DNA from: Octopus sinensis
Taxonomy: Eukaryota
DNA length: 64,000 nt
Assembly (NCBI RefSeq): GCF_006345805.1
Contig: NC_043001.1
Coordinates: forward strand, 93,620,001-93,684,000
Direction: 5' to 3'
The notes under the pieces were generated by a model. The model did no database searches. It was given only the letters and a program-made list of their open reading frames with translations, and had not been told where the DNA came from. How positions within the stretch are numbered: position 1 is the stretch's first letter; every line of letters begins with the position of its first letter. Of the stretch, positions 52,997 through 64,000 are shown piece after piece. A program made the position numbers and the translations under genes.

Positions 52997-55900
52997 GTGT
53001 CTGTGTGCTTGTAACTGTATGTCATTGTGTGTTTGAGTGTGTTTGTGTGTATTGGCGTAACTGTATGAGACTGTATTTGTTTGTACGTGTTACTGTATGA
53101 GACTGTGTGTGTGTTTGTGTGCGTGTGTGTGAGTGTGTGTGCTCGTGCGTACCTGTATGAGACGCTGTGTGTTTGCGTGTGTCTTTGTGTGTGCGCGCAT
53201 AATTGTATGACACCGTGTATGTGTGTACGCGTAACTGTGTGAGACTGCCTGTGTGTGAAACAATAACTGAATGCGTACGTTGGTATCCGTATGTTTAACA
53301 TACAAACTACGTGTGGAATGTGTGGTGATATATGAGTGTGTGTGTGTGAGTTGTTATCTGTGTACATTTGTGTAACAATATAAGACTATAATTCTCTGCT
53401 GATATCGTTGCGTATATGCGTGTGTTATAGATGTATGCATGTGTGTATGTATAAAACGAATAGACTGTATGTACGTGTACGTAACAATACACTCTACTTG
53501 AGTGTATATGTGCGTATGTCGTTATCTGTGTATGTTTGTGTAACAATATGAGATTATGCAATTATCAGCTGGTATCTGCTGATGCGTGCTTAGAGGTTAG
53601 GGTACTCGGCTCACGATGGTGAGTTCGAAAACCAGCAGCATGTTGTTTCGCAGTACTCCAGTCCACTCAATTGGCACTCAAAAGGACGATACAATTATTT
53701 AGTAAAACTACATGGTAAACGTTTTCTAGTATAACCTAATATTTTTACCTTCATAAATATCTCAATTATATCTGAAATAATCGTCAGTCACTCTGCCCTA
53801 GAGAAGTTAGCAAATTTTTATATACCGTATCTTTGTTTATGACGGCAATTAACCTCCAGTATATGAATTATTATAAATTAACGGTTAAGATGTTAACAAG
53901 ATTTTAATATTAATATCGTATTCTGTCTGTCCTATTTCTTCTTTCCTTTCTTATCTACTAGCGCACATTTATATAACTGTATATGGTATTTTTGAAATAT
54001 ATCTACAAACCAGACCAAAGATCAAATTGTTTCATTAGATATTTGCCCTGATTGGAATTTTAAACAGACAAGACACTTCAAATGAATTTTCTTGACAGCG
54101 CTATCCAATTATATTAGCTTATCACATTTTATCCAATCAAATATACAACCTCCATAGCACTGTATGTCTTGTAAGATAGAGATTCATAATCTATTTTTGC
54201 CTTTCAGATTTGCATGCTAGCATTCTTTCATATACAAATAGACAGCAAGACATAATAATCTTACTGAACTAAATTCATCTAAATTCTTCTATTTCTTTCA
54301 GTAGTTACATATAATTTCATCAATGCGAATCATTTCCCGATTTTATGCCGGTATGAACACAAACATACATACATACACACACATATATATATATGCACGT
54401 ATGTGTGTATGTATATATATATATATATATATATGTATATGTGTGTATGTATATCTATACGTATGCCTAATTGTATTTGTAAATGCATGTATATATATGT
54501 ATATATGTACATCTATCTATCTATATATGTATATGTGTATGTATATATGTATATATACATACCATACTTACATATTTACATGCACATAAACATGTATACA
54601 TATATTCATCTATACATACACCAGTATATACATGCTCGAAATTGGAAGTCTGTTCGACATGCAGAATGACAACTTCTTTTTACTTAACTCCAGAGCAAAG
54701 ACGACTTCAGAAACAGATGCTAATTTGCATATTTTGAAACAACCATTGCATAAATATATCTGCGCATTGAAATGCAGTGCAAAGCATAGTGTGCAGACAA
54801 ATAACTTGGGAGCCGCACGCTTTCACCCTCTACCAATTAAAAGAAATATTCTCGTACCATCGCGAAAGCATTTGATAGAATGTTTGAAATAATTAATTGA
54901 GACATTAAATTTCTTCAGATTTGTCCACACGTAGTTGATTCTTTGGGAACAATGCAGTAGTGATAAGCAGCTAAATGTGTTTGTTTTACGGTTGACGAGC
55001 GGAAAAATAACATGTCCTAGTTTTAGTTTCCGCAGATGACTTAGCAGTCGAGGTTTCTACATTCTGACATGCAACCAGAAAGTTGGTGTTTCCTTGTAAA
55101 CAGTCACTTGATGACAAGTTGTTCTAGAGGTATTTTCTTGGAAATATACCTGCGACCAGGAAGTCTCGCACACTGTTTTACAATATTGAAAGCCATGTAT
55201 ATCAAATAAAGCTAATGTTTTGGGGTTTTACGGCTAGCACTGCGTTGTAGTGCCTAGAATATGTCAAACAAATCCTACACTTTATCGAAGGGACTATATT
55301 TCTGGAAAGATGTCATGTAATTAATAAATTTAAGTGATCATCTGTATTGACTAGCAACATCTAAGCATAGAAAATAGCGAAGATATATCCTGCTCATAAG
55401 CATGTAGAAGTGGACAACGAAGGGGGACAATCTAATTGAATGGATTCTATGTACATTACAAATATGTTTTTCGTTCCTTTTATAATTAAAGAAAAGAAAC
55501 TGAAATAATTCTAATACAGGAAGGAAAAGTTTGAAGATACAAAAGAGACAGAAAATAAAATATAAAACGAAACTAATTACCTATATCAATGCATTCATAT
55601 ATACATAGACAATATATTACACTACACATAAAAGAACACACACATACACACACATATACTTGTATAAGTACACACAAACATTTATATACATATATATCAT
55701 ATCTATGTATATATATATATGTATAGGTGAGTTTAGGTTAGAGGTTATAACAACTGTCTAAGGGATAACTTGTATTTTATGAATCCACTGGTGTATTACC
55801 TATTTTTAATCATGAGTGTCGGTGTTAATGCTCATAAAGGATAGTTAGGGAGAAAAATATACTAGAGTTTATCAATATTCAAAGGAAAACAGAAAATGGA

Positions 55901-56161
55901 GATAAAATTAATGGATAACAATTGGCTTATATCAATTATTATTTATTAATTAATTGCAAAAAGACAGAATCTCGACATACGGCGGTTTATGTTAGCATGA
56001 TTGTCAGTTCTAACCGCCACAATAATTAGTAATGCTAGTTATCATTGTAGGTAATTAGTTATGCCAAATTGAATCACAAAACTTCACCAGAGCGGGAAAA
56101 TAAATAAAATATAAGTAAGAAGAGAAAGAAGAAATGGAGAATGGTGAAAATCAATTGGTGC

Positions 56162-56264
<103 letters not shown>

Positions 56265-57319
56265 TACACACTCACATACTCGCAGACATATATGTGCATG
56301 ATATAGTTTTGACTCTAATTTAAAGTTATTGTTTGTGTATATATATGTATGAATGATTGTGTGTGTGTACGCCCGTGTATGTTTATTACCTTGTGTGTTT
56401 GCGTATGTGTGAGTATGTGTATGTGTGTGTATATGTGTGCAAGTGCGTCTGTGTGTGTGAGTTTGAATTGTATGCAATTGTATTATATTCTGTTCTGCGG
56501 AGTATGCCTCGATTGTTATACAGAATTGTTTAGCTGATCTATGTTGTTTACTGAATAGAAAACATCGCTTGAAGGTGACTTGAATATCTAAAAAAGTTTA
56601 AAGCCAGCATACCCTCATTAACAATATAAACTAGCAGGGTATTCTCTTGAAACAATTCTCTCCACAACATTAAATCTATAGTCGACATATGCCTCATGCA
56701 GATGAAAACACTGACGTTGCATAACTAAAATTCAATATAGAAATATGTTTATTTCTATAATGTAGTGTTCTGTAGAAAAAATAAAACTAAACAAAACAAC
56801 AGCAATTTGTTCTTCTGTATATTATGCAATGATGCTTTAGCGTGTATGTATGTAAACTAACAGAAACTAAAATTCTAAAACATTCGTATAACAACTCCAC
56901 AATGGAAACAAAAGCAATTGTGGTGAATTTAACCTGCTTACGAGTGCAGTTTTTTTACGCGCACATATTGCCAATCCTAAGTCGTTATCCACAATTATTA
57001 TTATACTTACAAAACATATTTGCACAGAGAGAAACATTCATGCATGATACATAAAAAAAACATACACATACATACAAATACGCATATGTATACAGCCTAG
57101 CACATTGATAAATACAACCACATGAAGACGTGCACAGTTGCGCACATGCATTCTTAACAGACATATACACAGCTTCTTAGTTGATACTCTCTAAATTTTA
57201 ATGAAAGAACATTGATTCTGAGTTGGAAATTATATTGTTTAATCTACGAGGATAGAAAAAAAATATGAACAAAAGAGTCACATATATATTCTTATGAAAT
57301 AACGCTTGGGTGTTTATGT

Positions 57320-57461
57320 ACTTACTAAGTTCGTTTAATGTTACCAATAGTAAACAGCTTTTTGCAGTGGGGAACTTGATCAATTCTTCAGATTTTTGTT
57401 AGTAACGTGAAAGGAAAACGACTTACCTAAAAATGGAAAAAAAAAAGAAAATATATTAGTA
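57320..57461 (-). other. Candidate recursive splice site (ratchet point) with 101-nt cryptic RS-exon
   Basis: Minus strand: tactaat-atattttctttttttttttccatttttAG|GTAAGT (junction 57427/57426; predicted branch A 57456); second GTAAGT at 57325; stops in all three frames of 57426-57326. Confidence 0.45.
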
Positions 57462-57510
57462 GAAATTCATTATATTTACAAACATATAACATTCATAAAA
57501 CACTAATGCT

Positions 57511-57679
57511 TACTCTTTTATTCTTTTACTTGTCTAAGTCATTTGACTGCGGCCATGCTGGAGGACCGCCTTTAGTCGAGCAAATCAACCACAGGACTTA
57601 TTCTTTGTAAGCCTAGTACTTATTTTATCGGTATCTTTTGCCGAACCGCTAAGTTACGGGGATGTTGGCTGGGGGACAA

Positions 57680-57768
<89 letters not shown>

Positions 57769-57872
57769 GACAGTCTTTTCGGCCCGAGGCTATAGTAGAA
57801 GACACTTGCCCAAGGTGCCACGCAGTGGGACTGTACCCGCAAACATGTAGTTGGTAAGCAAGCTACTTACCT
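57511..57872 (-). mobile_element. SINE family A
   Basis: tactcttttattcttttacttgt...gactgcggccatgctgg...gccgaaccgctaagttacgggg...gcccaaggtgccacgcagtgggac...taagcaagctacttacc. Confidence 0.9.
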
Positions 57873-58680
57873 AGCTTCGGAAAGATACCAAAATTTATAT
57901 ATAACAAGAGTCATTATATTTAGAAACCAACCATACGGCAAAGATCTATTTTGATATTACTTTCACTTAGTGTAGAATGCACAGGAGCTAGTTTGTATTA
58001 TAAATATCTGCTTGCCCATCAGACCATAATGTGCCCTGAATCGACTAATACATAATTCAGAATGTCCTCGATCGATTCACTTTAATGATTAAAATATTTT
58101 AATGAATATTTTAACAGAGAATAACTATTATCTATTTAGTGAAATACAATTATTATTTATTACCAAAGCTCGATGCATTGTTTGTACCACACCAATACTA
58201 CAGTACATAGACATAATATAAGAGTGCTTTCTTGACAACCGATTCTATTAGATTAGATCTAACAATCACATTTTCATTACTCGTGACATAACTTTCAGAA
58301 AAATAAAGCATTAAAATACATTTTACCGCCGCTGTTCATATTTTGAACTATAACAGGAGGAAGCTAAGGATAGTTAACAGATTTGAAGTCCATTAACTCC
58401 TTGTTATGGTTTCATTTTCTAATCAACGACCTTGGATTTTATAACTTTAAAGGTGAGATAGATGGATTTTGAAAAGGATTACATTGAAGCATACCTGTGA
58501 TATTTTTTTGGTTGGGCTGCCAAATTGTTTTATGCTAGTGCTAAAGTCACAGATCGTGAAGAACTATCAGCCCGCCTCCAACTGTATAGAGTTTGCACTG
58601 CTACCTGTCGAGGCTTCGACTTAATATCGTATTCTAATAACTTAAGCTATATATTGTTGTTTCATCCTTTAGAAGGAACA

Positions 58681-58963
58681 GTTGTTTGTTCCTTCTAGAG
58701 CCGCGCCAGACTCATAAGGGCCGGTTTCCCTGTTTCCTTGGCGTATAGGTTCCCCATATGGATGGTCCGTCGTTGGTGAGCTGCAAGATGCAGGAGGAAA
58801 TAGTGAGAGAAAGTTGTGGCGAAAGAGTTAGCAGAAGTTCACCATTACCTTCTGCCGGAGCCGCATGGAGCTCATAATCACACACATCGCCCGGTCTGAG
58901 ATTTGAACCCGTGATCTCTCGACCGCGAGTCTGCTGCCCTAACCACTACGCCATGTGCCTCCA
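58681..58963 (-). mobile_element. SINE family C
   Basis: Minus-strand head ggaggcacatggcgtagtggttagggcagcagactcgcggtcg...ggttcaaatctc; 3' ggaacctatacgccaaggaaacagggaaaccggccc. Confidence 0.85.
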
Positions 58964-59961
58964 CAGCTTAACTATATAAATACAAGTAAATTCTATTGAC
59001 AGTTCAGTTCTCACATAAAACTACTACTTTGTAGGAATTTGCCTCTGTGAATAAACGTTCTATTGAGTTATCAATATGAACTAGTGAATGGTGAACCATA
59101 CTCTTATGGCAACTAAAGGCAATGGGTGAGGAAATGAAGGCAAGGATAGTTTGTATTCAACAAGTCAATAGGGGTTCATAAACTTTACAGACTTGACTAA
59201 CTATTGAAATAGTGCCTAGAGTGACTGAACAGTTTGCCTACAACTAAGGGAAGAATTTTAGGGATAAACTAATTATAATGAACCAGACTCGAAAAGAGTC
59301 ACCGTGATCAGGAAATGAAAAGTATGTTGTTTAGCACACCTTCCAATATGATTGCTCCCAGCAATGTTTCAAAGAAAACTTTCTTAGTTAAATGACATTT
59401 TCCAACTGTGTCAAAACAATCAATTCTTTAACACAAATAGGGTAACGATGATTAAAGCATTTATAAAAACTGCGAGGATAATAATGACATTGTAAAAAAG
59501 ACAGACAAAGAGAAAGAGAGAGAGAGAGAGAGAATGGAAGCGCAAAAAAGAAGTTAATATAGAGCAATTAATATGGTGTTAGAATTTTTTTTCCTGAAAA
59601 ATATGTGAATGTTTAAATGAGGTGATTTATTTAAAAGCATATTAACCACATGTAGTTTATCAGTATCATTGGAAAAGGTAAGAAGAATATTGATCAAATA
59701 AAATATATATCATTTTCCATTCTTTACTACAAATATTTCTAGACTTTAATATGGTCTACTACATGAATAAAGTTTTAATGTAGACATCTATGCCACGAAA
59801 TAAAGAAAATAATTAATATTTGATACCATCTACAATGCCAAGCTCAGTTTGGACTATCAAGCAGTTCTAATATATCACTCGCGAATATTTTGACTGATCT
59901 TATCCTACCTTGCAAGAAATAAAAGTTCCCCCTCCTCTTCCCACAGAACCGAACTCCACTC

Positions 59962-60113
59962 TGTGCTGCTCTATCATGCCTGTTGAGATACTCTATAAGC
60001 GCAAGGGGATTGCACATGGAGACAACATGATCAGTGGTTTCATTTTGTTGACATACACATGCTACTGCCGTTCTTGAATATGTTGGCCTGATAGTTTTTT
60101 GCAGGTAGGCATT
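59962..60113 (-). mobile_element. R4/Dong-like internal fragment (zinc-knuckle region)
   Basis: CVCQQNETTDHVVSMCNPLALIEYLNRHDRAAQ; nucleotide match to ~41005-41170. Confidence 0.85.
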
Positions 60114-60189
60114 CTTCTTCTTCTTCTTCTTCTTCTTCTTCTTCTTCTTCTTCTTCTTCTTCTTCTTCTTCTTCTTCTTCTTCTTCTTC
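60113..60189. repeat. (TTC)n/(GAA)n trinucleotide tract
   Basis: Directly visible, about 25 perfect units. Confidence 0.95.
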
Positions 60190-60342
60190 ATCTCTCTTTT
60201 ACATTGCCTTTCCAACCCTTTCGGTTTTCCGTAACGTCAAAATAATTTTCCTTTCATTTCAAGAGTGAAACTAATATTACCGTTGCGGAAATTTGTTACT
60301 CCTGAGTTTTTCTTGCCTTTACTCATCATCATCATCTTTCCT

Positions 60343-60386
<44 letters not shown>

Positions 60387-61321
60387 TCCCTCTCTCTCTG
60401 TATCCACACACGCATATATGCAAACACACAAATGTATACACCCGCATATACATACACACATACACACACATATATAAACATAAATACAAATACGTGTCGA
60501 TAATCTTTTCTGTACACAGCCCATTGCTGAGGTTCGTGCATTGATATACACAAACTAAATTTGTAAAAATATAAAGATATAAAGATATAAGTATAAATAT
60601 ATATGTATAAATATATACGTTGCCTCATGAAGTTGCTACCAGCTCACACTGCGTGCCTATGCCTGTGTGTGTCTACTTGTTTGCATATTTGCATACATAA
60701 CCAGGAAAGCTGATACGCGTCCAAGAATTTACAGTAAATTTGAAGTGTAAAACTGTGCGGAGTATGTCGCTGTAGAAGCCATTTAAACATTTAATGGAAA
60801 ACTTTAATATTTGAAGAAACAGGAAAAAATAAAAAAAAGTGATGATGTGATCCAGTTTATCCCCTTGAACAGAAAAGAAGCAAAACCTTAAGTAAGGGAA
60901 CATATTCATGTTTCATTTTATTCTTTTGAAGCCCCCCCCACCAAAAAAAAAAGATAATATCATTTCGATATCATTTATTTGAAATATTTTTTCCTGTCAT
61001 TCATCCGCAATATTCTGTTTATATGATTTCACTATTCTTAATACAATCATCGTATTTTTATCATATATATTTTTTATTTTATAGAACTCTTTTTTTTTTA
61101 TGATTTGATCGGTTTCTTTTCACAGTTTGGCTCCTTCTGTCATAATTTGATATAGGTAACTACTTTTGTGTCTGCACTATGCCAAACATAGTTGTTCATA
61201 ATATATTTATATTTGGACATATATTGAGAACTGAAGAGAGTAAAACATGACATATGCATATGTATATATATATATATATATATACGCAATATGTGCACAT
61301 ATACACATAAACGAGTGCCTG

Positions 61322-61465
<144 letters not shown>

Positions 61466-61555
61466 AGAGAGGGGGAGAAAGGGAGACGTAGTAATGCGGG
61501 TAAATAAAATTAGGCTTCAGAGGAATATACACATACATGTACATACATATATATA

Positions 61556-61612
<57 letters not shown>

Positions 61613-61803
61613 GTATATGTATATAGATACACTGACACACACACGCGGGCATACAGACGTGCGCGCACAGACACACGCATATGTGTATACCGAAATAGGT
61701 TGTAAAATATTATATGTGTGTATATGTGATAGTGTTTATCTGCAACAAGCATTTCAGAAGTAATTTTTCTTGATTTAGGTTAGAAGTATGCTTTCCCGTT
61801 TCA

Positions 61804-62688
61804 TACGATGTGGCATGAAAAAATTCCTGAACTATTTCTGTACCGCGCCAAGAGATGGCATCATACGGTTCCCTGCGCAGTGAGATCTAGTAGTAACCTT
61901 CGTGAGGCAGTGTGCCGAGTGACATCGCTTTGTTTACTTCGCAAGAAGTGAAATTTGTGATTTTGTGTTCACCTGTATAATGTGGTCTGCAATTTTATCA
62001 TCGACAGGGACAAAGACACAACGTGAAATTTTCTTAAACTTGGAAGGTCTGCTGCAGAGACATTGAACATCTTTCGGCAAATTGACGCGATGAGCCAATG
62101 GGTTGTACGCAATGTTCTGAGTGGCATGGGCGCTTCAAAAGCAGAACATCACTGGAAGACAATGCGCGATCTGGAAAACTTGCGAAGAGAATTATTCCTT
62201 GAAATATGATCGAGGATTCATCTCCCAGAGTCAGACCGTCAACCAAGAGATCTACTTCGACGTTTGATGTGTTTGAGGGAAGACATTTGGCGAAAGAGAC
62301 ATGATCTGTGAACCGAAGAATTAGATTCTTCACGACGACAATGCACTCTGTAATCGAACCCTCCTCACTCACTAAAAGCAACATGGTACCGTTTAGGCAC
62401 TCGCCCTATTCGTCAGATTTAGCGCCTGCAGACTTCTGCCTCTTCCCCGAGATGAAAAAGCGACTCAAAGTTCGCCGTTTTAACATTGCTTTCGAGATTC
62501 AGAGAAAGCCGCAGAAGGTCCTCTACACGCTTACGGAAAACAACTTCCCGGCCGGATTCCAAAAGTGGCGGCGATGCGTGTATTGTTGCACAAGGCGAGT
62601 ATTTGGGAGAAGATGATGTTAAAACTTAAGTAAATAAGTTATTTTTTTAAACAGGACCAGTCCGCGAACGTTTAGATACCATCTCGTA
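61804..62688 (+). mobile_element. Mariner element, internally deleted (885 bp), both TIRs present but degenerate
   Basis: Left tacgatgtggcatgaaaaaattcctgaact vs reverse complement of right tacgagatggtatctaaacgttcgcggact; TA ends; EWHGRFKSRTSLEDNARSG and HSPYSSDLAPADFCLFPEMKKRLKVRRF motifs. Confidence 0.9.
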
Positions 62689-62959
62689 AATTCACGAGTT
62701 TTGCTTTAGCATTAATACATAGTTTATCCTGTTGACGATCTCCATGATTTTTTGTGGCAGTATAAACATTACATTTACTATTAGAAACGTACTGCTCACG
62801 ATCGTATATTTAAACTTAATTGAACAAATATTCATTTTATAAACTGTTCATTTTTACGTGTTGATGTTTATGAACTGGAGAACTTACTTATTGAACTAAG
62901 GTGCATACTATCTGAAAGTTCCCCACAGACGGATCCGTAACACTGACTTGAAAGTTTGG

Positions 62960-63148
62960 CAGGAGGCCAGCAATTTTGGGGCAGGAGGTAGGTCAATTAC
63001 ATCGAGCCCGATACCCAACTGGTACTTATTTTATCGACACGGAAAAGATGAAAGGTAAAGTCGAACCAGACGGAATTTGAACTCAGAACGTACGGACGAA
63101 ATGCCGCTAAACAACAGTGTGCTAACGATTCTTTCAGCTCGTCGCCTT
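62960..63148 (-). mobile_element. SINE family B
   Basis: ggtacttattttatcgacacggaaaagatgaaaggtaaagtcga...ggaatttgaactcagaacg...gctaacgattctttcagctcgtcgcctt. Confidence 0.8.
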
Positions 63149-63672
63149 GTCTGTAATAGTAAGGAGTAACTTTGGATGGCTACTATAATCAATGGACATA
63201 ACCGAACATATTAACATGATCAGCAACATGAAAAATATCTGGATGAATTCACATCCCAATATGAGCGAAGCCACTAATACATTCAGTAACAATTTTCTAG
63301 TTAAGCAAAATTTCCCAAATATTAAAAATCCAATTTTAAAAAATTCAACATTAAAATGAGATATTATTATCTTTTTAATATCGCTATTCACATCTTATTT
63401 AATAGACAACCTAAAACATAATTTATCCCAGAGTTCGACACATCCTTTTCAACAGTAGCTATAAAAAACAAAAGACCTCGGTTTGCTCTTATAGAAGGCA
63501 ACACAACATATCGGGTACAAAAGTTCAACTCGTCGTCACGACAACTGTTTCAAAAGATAAAACTAACGGTCTATATATACCGTTAGTAAGGAGACATAAC
63601 AAGACAAATTAGCGAGCAAGAATAATAACACACATTACACACACTTCACACATCATAATTCTAATATATATC

Positions 63673-63714
<42 letters not shown>

Positions 63715-64000
63715 TATATATATACACATACTATACACATACATATTTAGATTAGAGATGTGCCAGAAAAGCAACTCCAGTCTAAAATTCTTAGCTTTAT
63801 AATATAATTAACGTACAGGTATGACTGAAAGCCAGAAAATGAAGTTATATTTTAGATGCGTTATGTTAGCAAGAGATTATATACTTCAGAGCTAGGTGAA
63901 ACGAACTCGCCAAGAATGCGAGAGCGGAGGAAATTTACAGTTTTTCCTCCAGAGAAAAAGCCCTAAATATCAATCACAATGACTTTATAAACCACAATAC

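Noticed and set aside
63134-63391. 85-aa hydrophobic ORF (minus)
   Set aside because: No recognisable motif; explained by AT-rich composition; runs into a SINE.

Overview
Extremely AT-rich, repeat-dominated eukaryotic DNA with no intact protein-coding gene that I can support. Most listed ORFs are translations of (TA)n/(CA)n/(TAA)n microsatellites. The SINE families and microsatellite load resemble an octopus (coleoid cephalopod) genome; this is inference from recalled repeat consensus sequences, not a database hit. Recognisable content: three tRNA-derived SINE families (called A, B, C here; about 25 copies or fragments) and fragments of Penelope-like, RTE, CR1/L2 and R4/Dong-like retrotransposons. 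There are also a Chapaev3-like and two mariner DNA-transposon relics, a MITE, and a ~1.9-kb tandem duplication that may be an assembly artefact. The most notable observations are: (1) a minimal type I hammerhead ribozyme motif (29379-29426) inside a 0.6-kb element with 53-bp inverted repeats and a 66-bp terminal direct repeat, i.e. retrozyme/Penelope-like; (2) a 1.33-kb near-perfect fold-back whose arms carry 43-bp tandem repeats and a decayed hammerhead-like motif; (3) a candidate recursive splice site on the minus strand (branch point, polypyrimidine tract, AG|GTAAGT at 57427/57426) followed by a 101-nt stop-containing cryptic exon; (4) two R4/Dong-like fragments sharing a 5' breakpoint at a (GAA)n tract and the same shortened zinc-knuckle spacing.
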